Origin: Malacoraja senta | Lineage: Eukaryota | Length of the DNA stretch: 64,000 nt | Reading direction: 5' to 3' | Assembly: GCA_038087875.1 (NCBI GenBank) | Contig: CM075989.1 | Span: 15,378,001-15,442,000, forward strand | In this document: positions 1-13,134 of the stretch, piece by piece | Layout: each line of letters opens with the position of its first letter | Numbering within the stretch: the stretch's first letter is position 1 | Made by a program: the position numbers and the translations under genes | Notes under the pieces: model-generated | Told to the model about the DNA's origin: nothing | What the model saw: only the letters and a program-made list of their open reading frames with translations | Databases searched by the model: none

Positions 1-1480
1 GACTTTGGCGCCTTTGGGTGGGGGGGTTAAAATCCAGTTTTCTACTGCCTTTAGGAGGTGGATTTTCTTGGGCTCCTAGCTACTGAAGAATAATCGATCG
101 GACTTCCGTTCCCGATTTAAAAAATATATAAATCGCGGGACAATTTAATAATTAGATTAAAAGAAAAAGCGACTTCTAACGCCCTCAACGCCTACAACTT
201 GACGGATTGCAAGAACGGGACAAAACAAAGGGTAAGTTGTTTATTTTACATATAATCTTGCTTCTTGGGATGACTTTAATCTAATTTTACTTTGCGAAAA
301 TGTCATTTGGGCCCCATACGAACCGGCAGTGTTTTTCCTGCTGACATGGAGTTCAAATTCACCGCAAATGCAATGTTCCAATCGATCATGTTCCAGAAAA
401 AACCACTCGCAAGATGATCTAAATGCGCTTTTGTTTTGGACAATCATGTCATAAGAGCATCTAAATCGTCTATATTTTGTGTTATTGTCTATCCATAGTC
501 AATATTTTTATACTAAATATCAGTTTTAGTCCCATGTATTGTGCAAAAAAATAATAAATTTGATTATATTGAGTGGATGTTTCTAGATTAATTTATGGGA
601 ATTAAACATTAAATTCCTTCCATCTGGCATATAAATTCATGACAGTGAGATTTAAAAATCATGTTATATTCTGAATTCTTGTGTGAATGGGATTAGTTTG
701 TTTTTTGGATACTTAGGCTATTTTAAAAATATATAATTTTCTTAAGAAATGGAATCTACAGGACATTCTTAATGGGGAAAGTAGTGGACAGAAAGGCATG
801 TCATGCGTGGTTTGAAGAGCAAAAACTTGTAGTTTACAATGCCAAAATGGAAAAGTTGAGGAAAAACAAGGTGTACAGAGTTGCTTATTGGTTACAATCT
901 GAGGAGTCTGATGATGCTGCTGATTATGATATGCCAATGTACCAGCTAGCAACTGATCTTCTCCATAAAGACTTGGTCTATTGGTAGAAATTGTAATTTA
1001 TTTACCTATCTGTTACGGACTTACAGCATATAATACAATAATATTAAAGTTCTGATCTTGAGAATATCACATTTTTGAATTTTCATGGCTGTCTGGGTGT
1101 TTATTACTATTTCCGTCACAACGGTCAACTTTGTAATTAACTAATGATATGCTTTGATTTCAAGTCATCCAAGTAAGATGTTTTATATTTGTTGTAGAAT
1201 GCTTCAATCTATAATAACTGAAAATTTCATTCATTTCTCTTAATTTTTAAGAAAGTTATGGGTTTATGACTGTCCTCGATCACAACTTTTGTGTTAAGTC
1301 AATGGAAAAGCAATAGGAAACAAGATGCTAATTTCCGAGTATGAAAATGGTCATACATTTTTTAATACTGAAGATATGAAAGTGAATTAGGTGTCAAATT
1401 AAACTTATTTTTATGCTTTATCTGATGGGATAAATTGCAGACTTGATTTTTTTTATCTCAAAATTTTGTAACATTGGTAC
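1..1480 (+). mobile_element. Non-autonomous DNA transposon copy 1 (GTAG..CTAC family); left end outside the window
   Basis: Colinear with 29698-32576; right end TTTTGTAACATTGGTAC is the inverted complement of the left end of copy 2; carries ORF remnant 772-987; internal deletion of ~330 bp relative to copy 2. Confidence 0.8.
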
Positions 1481-2939
1481 ATAATCCCATTTCAGGGCGC
1501 CATAATGTTTGGGACACATGGCTTCACGGGAGTTTGTAATTACTCAGGTGTATTTAGTTGCCACCTTAATGCAGGTATAAGAGAGCTCTCAGCACCGAGT
1601 CTTTCCTCCAGTCTTTCCATCATCTTTGAAAACTTTTATTGCTGTTTATCAACATGAGGACCAAAGTTGTGCCAATGAAAGTCAAAGAAGCCATTACGAG
1701 ACTGAGAAACAAGAATAAAACTGTTAGAGACATCAACCAAACCTTAGGCTTACCAAAATGAACTGTTTGGAACATCATTAAGAAGAAAGAGATCACTGGT
1801 GAGCTTACTAATCACAAAGGGACTGACAGGCCAAGGAAGACCTCCACAACTGATGACAGAAGAATTCTCTCTATAATAAAGACAAATTCCCAAACACCGA
1901 CAGATCAGAAACACTCTTCAGGAGTCAAGTGTGGATTTGTCAATGACCACTGTCCGCAGAAGACTTCATGAACAGAAATACAGAGGGTACACTGCAAGAT
2001 GCAAACCACTGGTTAGCCACAAAAATAGGATGGCCAGGTTACAGTTTGCCAAGAAGTACTTAAAAGAGCAAACACAGTTCTGGAAAAATGTCTTGTGGAC
2101 AGATGAGATGAAGATTAACTTATATCAGAGTGATGGCAAGAGCAAAATATGGAGGAGAGAAGGAACTGCCCAAGATGCAAAGCATACCACCTCATCTGTG
2201 AAACACGGTGGTGGGGGTGTTATGGCCTGGGCATGTATGGCTGCTGAAGGTACTAGCCCACTTATCTTCATTGATGATACAACTGCTGATGGTAGTAGCA
2301 CAATGAATTCTGAAGAGTATAGACACATCCTATCTGCTCAAGTTCAAACAAATGCCTCAAACTCATTGGTCGGCGGTTCATTTTACAGCAAGACAATGAT
2401 CCCAAACATACTGCTAAAGCACAAAGGAGTTTCTCAAAGCTAAAAAATGGTCAATTCTTGAGTGGCCAAGTCAATCACCCGATCAGAACCCAATTGAACA
2501 TGCCTTTTATATGCTGAAGAGAAAATTGAAGGGGACTAGCCCCCAAAACAAGCATAAGCTAAAGATGGCTGCAATACAGGCCTGGCAGAGCATCATCAGA
2601 GAAGACACCCAGCAACTGGTGATGTTCATAATCGCAGACTTCAAGTAGTCATTGCATGCAAAGGATATGCAACAAAATACTAAACATGACTACTTTCATT
2701 TACATGACATTGCTGTGTCCCAATCATTATGGTGCCCTGAAATGGGGGAACTATGTATAAACACTGCTGTAATTTCTACATGGTGAAACCAAAATGTGTA
2801 AAAATGGCCTTCATTAAAATCTGACAATGTCCACTTTAACCACATGTGATTTTTTTTCTATTACAAATCTCAAATTGCAGAGTACAGATGCAAATAAATA
2901 AATAATGGGCCTTTGTCTTAAACATTATGGAGGGCACTG
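1481..2939 (+). mobile_element. Tc1-like transposon with decayed transposase (~1654-2683); left IR interrupted by the preceding element
   Basis: ORF 1931..2443 has Tc1 motifs (ARCKPL, WTDEMKINLY, VKHGGGGVMAW); downstream QQDNDPKH and WPSQSPD-NPIE motifs lie in a shifted frame; ends GGAGGGCACTG|TA. Confidence 0.93.
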
Positions 2940-3272
2940 TAGTAGATTTAACAGAACCAAATGGAGTTTGTTCTGGATGTAAAGATGGGACGTTTTCCAG
3001 AGGAGTTTAAATCTGTTATTTCTACCAATCTACCATGAACAACATGGAAAATTAAAGCGTTGGCCCTGATCAGTGGAATCCCTGCAACATGTCGAGGATG
3101 TAAGATCATCAGTCTATACTAACAGAACTGAAATTATTATTTAACAGTGGTGCAAATAAACACTGAAAGAAATAACTCCATCTCACATCATCTGAAGTAA
3201 TAGTTCATTCCAAATTCAACAATGACAGTTGAACAGAAGATTTTCTTATAATGAAAAAAGACTAATAAAAAC

Positions 3273-3452
3273 CTTTTGATGTACTGGTATATGATGAAAC
3301 CATTGTGGTACATCCAGTTGAAGATGGTGATAAACTTGATGTATTATTTCCAGATCCAGCTTCAATTTTTTTTGATTTCTTTGAACCAATATTGTTTATC
3401 TCACAGGCTGCTGGGCGCTTGTTACTGACATTTGTGCTCTGGGCTGCACTTG
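3273..3452 (-). CDS. ZNF280D: ZNF280-like coding exon 6 (180 nt, phase 1-1); gene continues beyond the left edge
   Basis: TTTCTCACAG acceptor; (A)SAAQSTNVSNKRPAACEINNIGSKKSKKIEAGSGNNTSSLSPSSTGCTTMVSSYTSTSK resembles recalled ZNF280D SKRPSTSEVNNVNPKKPK...AKG; weak donor AAG|GTTTTT. Confidence 0.8.
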
Positions 3453-4244
3453 CTGTGAGAAAGAAAATAAATTACTTTTAAAACATATTACATTAAAAAT
3501 TAATTTAATTGGGTTTATACTGCAACTTTAAAAAAAATAATTTTGATTTTTTAACAGCTGTAGCAAAGAATAAACTATCCAATGAAATGGTTCAGATACT
3601 GTCATATTTAGCAATCAATAAATTTGTTTGACCGTTAAGGAAATTATAATCTAAACTAATTACATTAAAGAAGAAAAAGTTATTACGAAGATTTTCAACT
3701 GATAAAAATGTGAAAACAGTTCAAGCTTGGTCTCTCAAATGGAACTCAGTACCTTGGAATTTTCTGATGGGACCCTGCCTATAAACAGGATATGAACAGT
3801 TTTGCAGTTGCTACTGCTGTGTGGCAGTTTACTGTTTGGACAGTTAACAAAATAGAACAATGTTTAATGTAAATTTCAGTAGTTAAAATCTGCCAGCCAC
3901 TCAAAGTCTGAAGAAGAGCCTTAACCTGAAACCTGTCTGCCCATTTTGCAGCCGAGATGCTTCCTGACTCGCTGAGTTTCTCTATCAGTTTGTTTTTTAC
4001 CCCTAATTATTCGGTATTACTTTTATTCTCCCCCCAATAATACAAAAAAAAGCCACATAAAAATAGGAAGATAGAATCTGATCAAAAGCTATACCAATTC
4101 TGGAACTACAGATATTTGCCTAAACTGTAGGGATGAGGACATGCAGTGTTTATTTATCAGAACAAATCTTGTACTCCAAGGTTAAATTAGATGGAAAACC
4201 TGTAGAAGCTAAGATTATTTTACCCAGAATTTATAAAACTGTAA

Positions 4245-5052
4245 AGGGACCTGTTTATAACGAATTTCGATTATAGCGGACAAACCTTCCGACTCCACCC
4301 CTGGCTCATAATGTGCACCAGCGAGCCCTTCTTCACCCACCGCACGGTCCAGTTCACGTGTTGTTGCGGCAAACATTGTAGCCGCTGTGGACAGCGCTTT
4401 CTTCAGACTACCGGCAATGACATGATGCGCTTGGTCACTGTGGGATCCCTCCTCTCTCACCAGCTACCACGTCTTTCTATTAGTCATCGCTTTGTCCACT
4501 CGGCCTCCCCCCACTACAGACCCTCCTTCACCCCGGGAGTTGCCGACATACTCCATTTTAAAATATGTCAGCGACTCCATGGTAGAAGGAGGATGAAGCC
4601 TCAGGGTAGCGGACAAAGGACAGGTGAGAGGGGAAGGAGCCCCACGGTGACCAAGCACGTTCTGTCGGTAGTGGCGGCCTGAAGAAAGCACATCCTGTCG
4701 GGGGGCTACAAGGTCAGCCGTAATAATAGCCGAGTCAACCGGTGAAGAAAGACTCGCTGCTGCAGACCAGTGGTATCGGTGCCTATTTTAAGGTGTAACA
4801 ACATAAAGTGCTGGAGTAACTCAGCAGACTGAATCAGTCTGAAGGGTCCCGACGTCACCTATCCATGTTCTCCAGAGATGCTACTTGACCCACTGAGTTA
4901 CTCCAGATCTTTGTGTCCTTTTATGTATTAATCATCATCTCCAGTTCTTTCTTTCAACTCCATACAATAATACCATACTCGGTTTTAGTGGACAATATGT
5001 AATAATGAACACCCTTCACCCCTCCATGGTCCATTATAACGAAGGTTTACTG
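4245..5052. mobile_element. Related pogo/Tigger-type non-autonomous element; left end degenerate
   Basis: Right end TCCATTATAACGAAGGTTTACTG resembles that of 52129-52615; TTATAACG motifs at the left. Confidence 0.45.
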
Positions 5053-5644
5053 AATTAAGGATAATCTGATTCAAAGTTTTCAATATTAATGGGAAAAGAT
5101 TGGTAAATGGAGTCTAAGAATTGATGGGGACATTAATAGAGGAACCAAGTCATTCATGTGTGAAGTCAGAGCAAACAGAAAATGTTAGAACTCTAAACTC
5201 CCTTCTGCAAAAGGAAATTGATGCTCGGTCAGTTGCTGATGATAAATCTTAGATTGATGTATTTGTATTACCAAAGAGCTATGTGGGAAAGACAGGTAAA
5301 TGATATTTCATCACAAATCAACTATGATCCTACAATGGCAAACAGGGTTGATGGGGGGAGGGATTCAAAGGACAAAGTCCTGCTCCTGGTCCAATGCTTG
5401 CTTCTGCTTTGCTGTAGTTTATTTAATATACTTCAGCCATATTTTTGTTCCTTGGTCTCCAAATCTTAATCCTTTCTACCCTTGTTTTACTATTTGATAC
5501 AAATGTTTCATGGCAATCTTTCAAAGTTTATTGAACCTCTTCCCCCCCTTCAAACACATCTTGCATATTCTAGAAATAGCAGCTTTTAAACAGTGGGTTT
5601 GATTGTTTTCAATTCCTTCACTGCCTGCTCCAAAATTCATGCTC

Positions 5645-8600
5645 AAGATTCAAGAGTTTATTGTCATGCGTCCCAGATAGGACAATTAAATTCTTGCTTT
5701 GCTTCAGCACAACAGAATATAGTAGGCATGAATACAGAACAGATCAATGTGTCCATATATCATTATATAAATATATACACACCTGAATAAACAGATAAAG
5801 TGCAAATAAACAGATAATGGTCTATTAATGTTCAGAGTTTTGTTTGAGTTGAGTTTAATAGCCTGATGGCTGTGGGGAAGTAGCTATTTCTGAACCTGGA
5901 CGTTGCAGTCTTCAGGCTCCTCCTGTACCTTCTACCTGAAGGTAGCGGGGAGATGAGTGTGTGGCCAGGATGGTGTGGGTCCTTGATGATGCTGCCAGCC
6001 TTTTTGAGGCAGCGACTGCGATAGATCCCCTCGATGGTAGGGAGGTCAGAGCCGATGATGGACTGGGCAGTGTTTACTACTTTTTGTAGTCTTTTCCGCT
6101 CCTGGGCGCTCAAGTTGCCGAACCAAGCCACGATGCCACCGGTCAGCATGCTCTCTACTGTGCACCTGTAGAAGTTAGAGAGAGTCCTCCTTGACATACC
6201 GACTCTCCGTAATCTTCTCAGGAAGTAGAGGCGCTGATGTGCTTTCTTTATAATTGCATCAGTGTTCTCAGACCAGGAGAGATCTTCAGAGATGTCCACG
6301 CCCAGGAATTTGAAGCTCTTGACCCTTTCCACCATCGACCCGTTGATATAAATGGGACTGTGGGTCCCCATCCTACCCCTTCCAAAGTCCACAATCAGTT
6401 CCTTGGTTTTGCTGGTGTTGAGGGCCAGGTTATTGTGCTGGCACCATTTGGTCAGTCGGTCGATCTCTCTTCTATACTCAGACTCGTCCCCATCAGTGAT
6501 ACGTCCCACAACAGTGGTGTCGTCAGCGAACTTGATGATGGAGTTCGCACTATGACCGGCTACGCAGTCATGAGTATAGAGTGAGTACAGCAGGGGCTGA
6601 GCACGCAGCCTTGAGCTGCTCCCGTGCTGATTGTTATCGAGGCTGACACATTTCCAACAATACGATCAGTCTGTGGTCAGTGAATGAGGAAGTCGAGGAT
6701 CCAATTGCAGAGGGATGCGCAGAGACCCAGTTCTGCGAGTTTTGTAACCAGCTTGGAGGGGATGATTGTATAAAATGCTGAGCTGTAATCAATGAATAAC
6801 AGCCTGACATATGAGTTTTGTTGTCCAGGTGGTCCAGAGTGGAGTGGAGAGCCAGTGAGATCGCATCCACCGTTGATCTGTTGTGGCGGTAGGCGAACTG
6901 CAGTGGGTTCATGTTTTTGTCGAGGTAGTTGTTTTGCACCATGATCAACCTCTCAAAGCACTTCATCACCACCGACGTTAGTGCCACTGGTCGATAGTCA
7001 TTGAGGCACGTCACCTTATTCTTCTTGGGCACCGGTATAATTGATGCCCTTTAAAAGCAGGTGGGAACCTCAGAAGTGAGAAGTTGAAAATGTCCGTAAA
7101 AACTCCAGCCAGTTGGTCCGCACAGGTTTTTAGAACACGACCGGGTATACCATCAGGTCCAGGCGCTTTTCGAGGGTTCATCCCTCTGAAGGATTTTCTG
7201 ACGTCGGCCTCTGTGACTGACTGAAATACCATCACAGCGAATGGGGGCTCGAGAAGGCACATCAGTGTTCTCCCTATCAAAGCGTGCGTAAAACGCAATG
7301 AGCTCGTCAGGGGGTGATGTTTTGCCGATATTCGAGCTACCTCCTGATTTCGCCTTGTAGGAGGTGATTGCATTCAGGCCCCGCCAAAGCTGCCGAACAT
7401 CTGTCTCTTCCTCCAGCTTGGAGCAGGTCCCTTTTGTCCTTTTTGATGGCCTTACCAAGGTTGTATCTGGACTTCTTGTAGACCACTGTATCATCAGACA
7501 TGAATGCCCGGTGTCTGGTCTTCAGAAGAGTGTGGATCTCAGTGTTCATCCAAGGCTTCTGTTTGGGAAACGCTCGGAAGGTATTTGTAGGGATGCAGTC
7601 CTCCACACATTTCTTTATGAAGTCTGTAACGACTGTGGCATATTCATTCAGGTCCGTTGCCGAGTCCCTGAACATTGCCCAGTCTGCAGACTGCAAACAG
7701 TCCTGGAGTTGTTCCTCTGCCTCCCCTGAACAGCTCTGCACAGTCCTCACCTCTGGGGGTGCGCTCTTCAATTGCTGCTTGTAGGCAGGAAGAAGCATGG
7801 TTGGTATGGTCGGATTTACCGAAGTGAGGGCGAGGGATAGAGCGATAAGCATGCTTGATGGTGGTGTAGCAGTGGTCGAGGGTGTTTGGTCCTCTGGTGC
7901 AGCAGGAGACATGTTGGTGGAAGTTAGGGAGCGATTTCGTACGGTTTGCTTTATTGAAGTCCCCAGCTATGGTGGCAAACGCCTCGGGGTAAGATGTCTG
8001 GTGTTTGTTGACCATGGCGTGCAGCTCCTCCAGTGCCAGACGGACGTCTGCCTGGGATGGGATGTAGACCGCGGTCAGAATGATGGAGGTGAATTCCCTC
8101 GGAAGGTAGAAGGGGGCGACACTTCACCGCCAGATGTTCGAGGTGTGGAGCACCACGCAGAGTTGACCATGAGGCAGACGCCCCCTCCTATCCCTTTCCC
8201 AGATGCCTGCGTACGGTCCATATGGTGGATGGAGAACCCTTTAGGCTGGACCGCTGAGTCTGGGGAGCTGGGGGTAAGCCATGTCTCTGTGAAACAGAAC
8301 ACAGAAGGATAAAAGGGAGAGGGGGCCGAAGTCCTCTCCGCTTCAGTCTGACCTGTAGCCCTGCCCGACGGCCACGTTTCCGTACTCCATGGAGCCCTCC
8401 TCGGTGTTTGAACGTAGAGTACTTACGGGTCTCCGCGTGATCGGGGAATCCCCTGAGATCGGGAATTCCCATACAGTCTGCACCTCCAGCTCCGTTGCTG
8501 CTGGGGGATCCTGGCCGACGGCCTCGATTCTGGACTCTGTGAAGGCCTCCCCGGTGTTTGCAGGTAAGGTTCTTACTGTACCTGCGCGCCTCCGCGAGGT

Positions 8601-8818
8601 TGGGGATTCCCTTCTGATCGGGGATTCCCTTACCAGCGCTAACATTGCGAGTTCTCAGTTGCGCTAATGCATTTAAATGCATTAGCAGCTCGCTACTTAC
8701 AGCGTTGATTTCAGTGGTTTTTCTGATGCAGGTGAATTCATAAATGCTGTATCTTACTGTTTTTCTTTGTGCCGTTCGCAAAATATCGCCGCAGGCAGGC
8801 GCCATCTCAGGCACTTGA
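5645..8818 (-). mobile_element. Near full-length, frameshifted Rex1/Babar-type non-LTR retrotransposon (APE endonuclease plus RT)
   Basis: ORF fragments with [49 protein letters not shown] and KFLG; 5' GAGATGGCGCC; (CTTGAAT)-type 3' tail. Confidence 0.92.
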
Positions 8819-9143
8819 TCCAGGATCACCATATCTCCTTATATATTAAGACATTTATCAACAGATTGTGGTGGCTTCTAGAAATGTTATCATAGGAAAT
8901 TCTGCATCTCATAACATAATGAAGCGGTCTCTTTAAACATCCTTTAGTTTTAATAATGCACATTTCTAATAATGAGACAAAAACAATAGAAAACACTTAA
9001 AAGTTTGCAAATGGATTAATATTGATTTTGCAACTGAGAAGAACAAAGATAAATTAAATCTAATCATTAAAAGGATCACATGTAAACAGAACTACACACT
9101 ACAATACAGGAAGTGTAAACCAATTATTTTTTTTGCATTTTAC

Positions 9144-9347
9144 CTTTTCCGCTGGCATGATTAAGGATTTGAGTTGCTTGAAGAGGTTTGACAGTGTTTT
9201 GCTGCCCCAGCTTCTGTCCACTTACAGACGCACTTGCTACAGATACATTTATTTGAGTAGGATTGTAACTGATATTTGGAATTGCTCTCCCAGTTCCAAC
9301 TGATTTTAATTGAGAAACCCCTGTTCTTCCTGACAGAGAAGCGACTC
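9144..9347 (-). CDS. ZNF280D: ZNF280-like coding exon 5 (204 nt, phase 1-1)
   Basis: CCATAG acceptor and AAG|GTAAAA donor; lies in ORF 9124..9360 (GVASLSGRTG...ILNHASGK); phase-compatible. Confidence 0.7.
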
Positions 9348-11089
9348 CTATGGATAACAAAAAAGGATCAAATCATCACAAATTATCAATTAACTACTCA
9401 AATCAAACTAAAGAGAGCTCCATTAATTTAATTTTGGTTGTTTGAATGTATAAAATTCAACTTTCACATCAGTGCCTATTAGACTTTCTCGTGAAATGCC
9501 ACTTTCCAAATCACTGTACAAAAATAACTGTTTCATTGAGCAAAAAAAGCAAAGTGCTGGAGGAACTCGGATTCGTTCCAGCATCCGTAGTCTCATGCGT
9601 CTCCAATAATTTTTAATCTGAGAACAATTTGCTTTGATGTAGAACAATCCTCATTTTGGTTTCAAAATATTTCCACTCCTTGTGACCTCACAGCTCAACA
9701 TGTCAGTTCTCACTTCAGTTCTCAACATGTCAACACTTCAGTTCTCAATGCTCTTCCATAATGGGAACTTGGAATAGACTATCCGGCTGCATTGGGAAAA
9801 TAAAAAATTGGCAAGGAAGTTGTGATACCTGGTCAAGAGCTTGGTGGGAGAAGAGTTTATGTTCCAGCTTGTGTTCCAGGTAAGTCACTAGACTCGTAAA
9901 TATTATAAAGGTTTTTTTTGTAAGAATTAAATATATCCAGCAAGCTGGCCAAGTGTGTCGATTGTGGCAAATTCAGCCAAAGATGTGAATGTAGAATGAT
10001 GCACTTCTGAACGAGGAACCTAAACCATGAATGCATAACTAAAGTGGCCATTAATTAAGCTAGACAATGGAAACAACTGAAACCTCACTGCACTGGATGT
10101 GAAGCTATACTCAGCCAAGCTGATTAAAAGCGGCAATGTTCAGATTTGTTAAATGGCAATGTTTGGACTAATAAGATTTGGTTTACAATGAGTGATCCAA
10201 ACTGAGTGATTGAGGCAAGATTCTTAAATCACTTAGACTGATGCAGTAAAGGACAGAATAAGTATTGCAGGGCTCGAAATTAGCGGTTGCCCGGGTGCCA
10301 TTGACCACAGAAAGTGCCTCCGGGCAACCTAAACGGCGACTCATTTTGCCCGGCTTGGCACCCAAATACTGGTTTATACCGGTAGACGCAAGAAACTGGA
10401 GTAACTCCGCGGGTCAGGCAGCATCTCCGGCGAATAGGAACTGACATTTCGGGTCGGCGACTGTATTCCTCTAGGATCTTTGATTGCGGGTCAAAGATAC
10501 TAGGTGTGTGGTGACGAAGGGTCGGGGCGAATGACGGGCCCCGAACAGCGGCTCCACCGCCTCCTCCTCCCGCACCCCGCCCGGCGGAAGAAGGCCTCCC
10601 TCTCCCTCCCCCCCCCCCTCCTCCCGGCCTCGGCGTGCGAGAGGGGGTGTCTTGAAAGCGCCTTTTGCAGATTTGCCATCAGCGGCTCCTATCGCCCTGA
10701 TAACGGTCGCTGCTTGCAACTCCACTAACGCTGCTTTCAAACCAACCCCTCTCGCACGCCGAGGCCGGGTGGAGGGAGGGAGGGAGAGAGAGGGACGTCT
10801 CCTTCCGCCGTCTGAAGCAGCTGCACGACAGATCCTATAGCTATAGGATCTTTGAGCTGCACCGCTCAGCCCCGCACCTTGCTGTCGGCTGGCGGAGGAG
10901 GGGAGGTGGTGGCGAGGAGGCGGCGGCACTTTGCCGTTGGACAGGGACGGACAAGGCAGCGGGGCGATGTTGTCCGAGGAGCACTGACCTTCCTTCTTCC
11001 CCACCTCCTCTGCCACTTCCCCCCCCCCTTTCTCTCTCTCTCTTGTACGCCCCCCTCCACCCCTCTTATCCTGGGACCCCCCCTCTCCA

Positions 11090-11720
11090 TCCCACACTGA
11101 TCCCCATTCCCTCCTCTATCCAGTCCTCACTGACATCCCCTCCCCATCTACCCCCCCCAATCTATTCATCACCCTACCCACCTCGCATTGATTCTCCTGC
11201 CACCTCCCCCCCCCCATGCATCCTACACTGGTCCCCCAATTCATCCGGTACTGACCCCCTTCCCATCCATCCTGCACTTCTCCCCCCATTCATACTGCAC
11301 TGATCCTCCCATTCATCCCGTACTGACCCACCCTCCATTTACCATGCACCAATCCCCCCATCCATCCTGTAGTGATCTCCCCATTCATCTTTTACTGATC
11401 CCCCATTCATCCTGTACTGATCTCCTCATTCATCCTGTAGTGATCCCCCATTCATCCTGCATAGACCCTCCGATCCACACTGTCCTGACTCCCCCATTCA
11501 TCCTGTGCTGATCCCCTCCCCATCCATCCTGTACTGATCCCCCCATTCAAGGAGAATGGGGGGGAACAGTCTGAAGAAGGGTCTCGATAGATACTGCCTC
11601 ACCTGCTGAATTTCTCCAGCATTTTTGTCTACCCCCATTCATCCTGTACTGAACACCCATTCATCCTATACTGATCCCCCCCCCCATCCATCCCATACTG
11701 ATCCCCCCATTCAACACCAC
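11090..11720. repeat. C-rich minisatellite, ~23-25-bp unit CCCCCATTCATCCTGTACTGAT
   Basis: About 20 degenerate tandem units visible directly. Confidence 0.9.
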
Positions 11721-12515
11721 TGACATCCCCCGTGCTCTCCCCTCACAATTTTACATACTCCAACCAACACGTACTAATTCACCTGCCTCAATCCATCCAT
11801 TCCGCATCGATTGCCTTCTCAACACCCCCCCCCCCCCCGCCATCTATCCACCCTGCACTGATTCACACACCCCATGACCCTATTGTGCTTCATGGTCTTC
11901 AGAGCGAACATTGATTATGTTTGATAACGGAATGTAATCAAATGTGTTTTAATTCCCAATGTTATTATTTGTTTTGACACCTTTAAACATATTACCAAAA
12001 GAACATTTGCTGCAGTTATGTCCTTTGGCCATCTCTTGTCAGTTAGTGTAATGTTTAACCTGTCAGATGGGTATAGTCGGTTTTAACAGCTATTATCATA
12101 AAATGTCTTTAGAAATTTCCTTGCAACCTGTATATTTTGTTCTGGATAAATTATGTGGGAAGCCAGACTGTTTCTGTGCCAATAGCAATAACGACCCATG
12201 CTATGGCCATGTCATGGTAATTTCCGGTCCTTCACAGAAAACATGCTTGCATCAATCTATAGTGTGCATGGTTAAGCATATATGTTACCATGGTCCAGGA
12301 TTTATTGACGCAGGTTGATCATATGCTGAATAATCCAACCACATTTTTGTTTGGAAGTGGAAAGAACTAATAGAAATTGCATTAATTGCAATATGTAAAA
12401 AGAGTTGAGATATTGTATTATAATTTTGCTGCATGTCATTGTGGTATATATCATGTCTTGATTGGTGAATATGTTTAGTTTGTGAGTTATTTGAAGCAGA
12501 AATAATATGTGAATG

Positions 12516-12732
12516 TAGACAAAAGTGCTGGAGAAACTCAGCGGATGCGGCAGCATCTATGGAGCGAAGGAAATAGGCAACGTTTCGGGCCAAAACCCTT
12601 CTTCAGACTGATGGGTTTCGGCCTGAAACGTTGCCTATTTCCTTCGCTCCATAGATGCTGCTGCACCCGCTGAGTTTCTCCAGCACTTTTGTCTACCTTC
12701 GATTTTCCAGCATCTGCAGTTCCTTCTTGAAC
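12516..12732. mobile_element. Inverted Penelope pLTR mini-insertion with 14-bp TSD
   Basis: ~84-bp inverted arms (12515-12598 and 12613-12697); ATAATATGTGAATG duplicated at 12502-12515 and 12733-12746. Confidence 0.88.
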
Positions 12733-13134
12733 ATAATATGTGAATGCTTCATTGAGCATAATTCCGACTGGTAACTACGCACTTTGTCCGAGCACATTAT
12801 CGCACGCGTCATGCAAACCGTCTTCAATGACCACCTAAACTGTCATTTGGCAACCTAAAAAGCTGTCAAGGTTGGCAACAGGTAAAAAAAGTTAAGCGAG
12901 AGCCCTGTATTGGGTGATCTGGTTCGATGAAGCAATGGGTTTTTTTTGTCTGTAATTAACTTTTACTTGAGGATTATGTTAATTGGATGGATCCAATCCA
13001 ATGGTCAGCAGATGTAACCATCTGAATGGTAAATTAATGTTTCCCTTTGTGTGCATTCATACATCCCTATTAGACACGTATTCTTAAATAATTTGTGAAA
13101 CACCAAGAACAAAAGCCTCATAAAACATACTTAC

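Larger units (their letters stand above)
10268..12907. mobile_element. Non-autonomous hAT-like element (CAGGGCTC..GAGCCCTG) with 5-bp TSD, carrying nested repeats
   Basis: TATTG on both flanks (10263-10267 and 12908-12912); subterminal GGCAAC/GTTGCC motifs at both ends; no transposase ORF. Confidence 0.72.

Noticed and set aside
772..987. 71-aa ORF as a standalone host gene
   Set aside because: It lies within a repeated TIR element; its ATG frame arises from an extra G relative to copy 2, so it is a remnant of the element's terminal exon.
10471..11097. 208-aa G/R-rich ORF and CpG-rich block as a gene or promoter
   Set aside because: Low-complexity GC-rich sequence inside a TIR/TSD-bounded element; no recognisable domain or splice logic.
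11090..11720. Regular repeats as a CRISPR-like array
   Set aside because: Units are contiguous and degenerate with no unique spacers; vertebrate context; it is a minisatellite.
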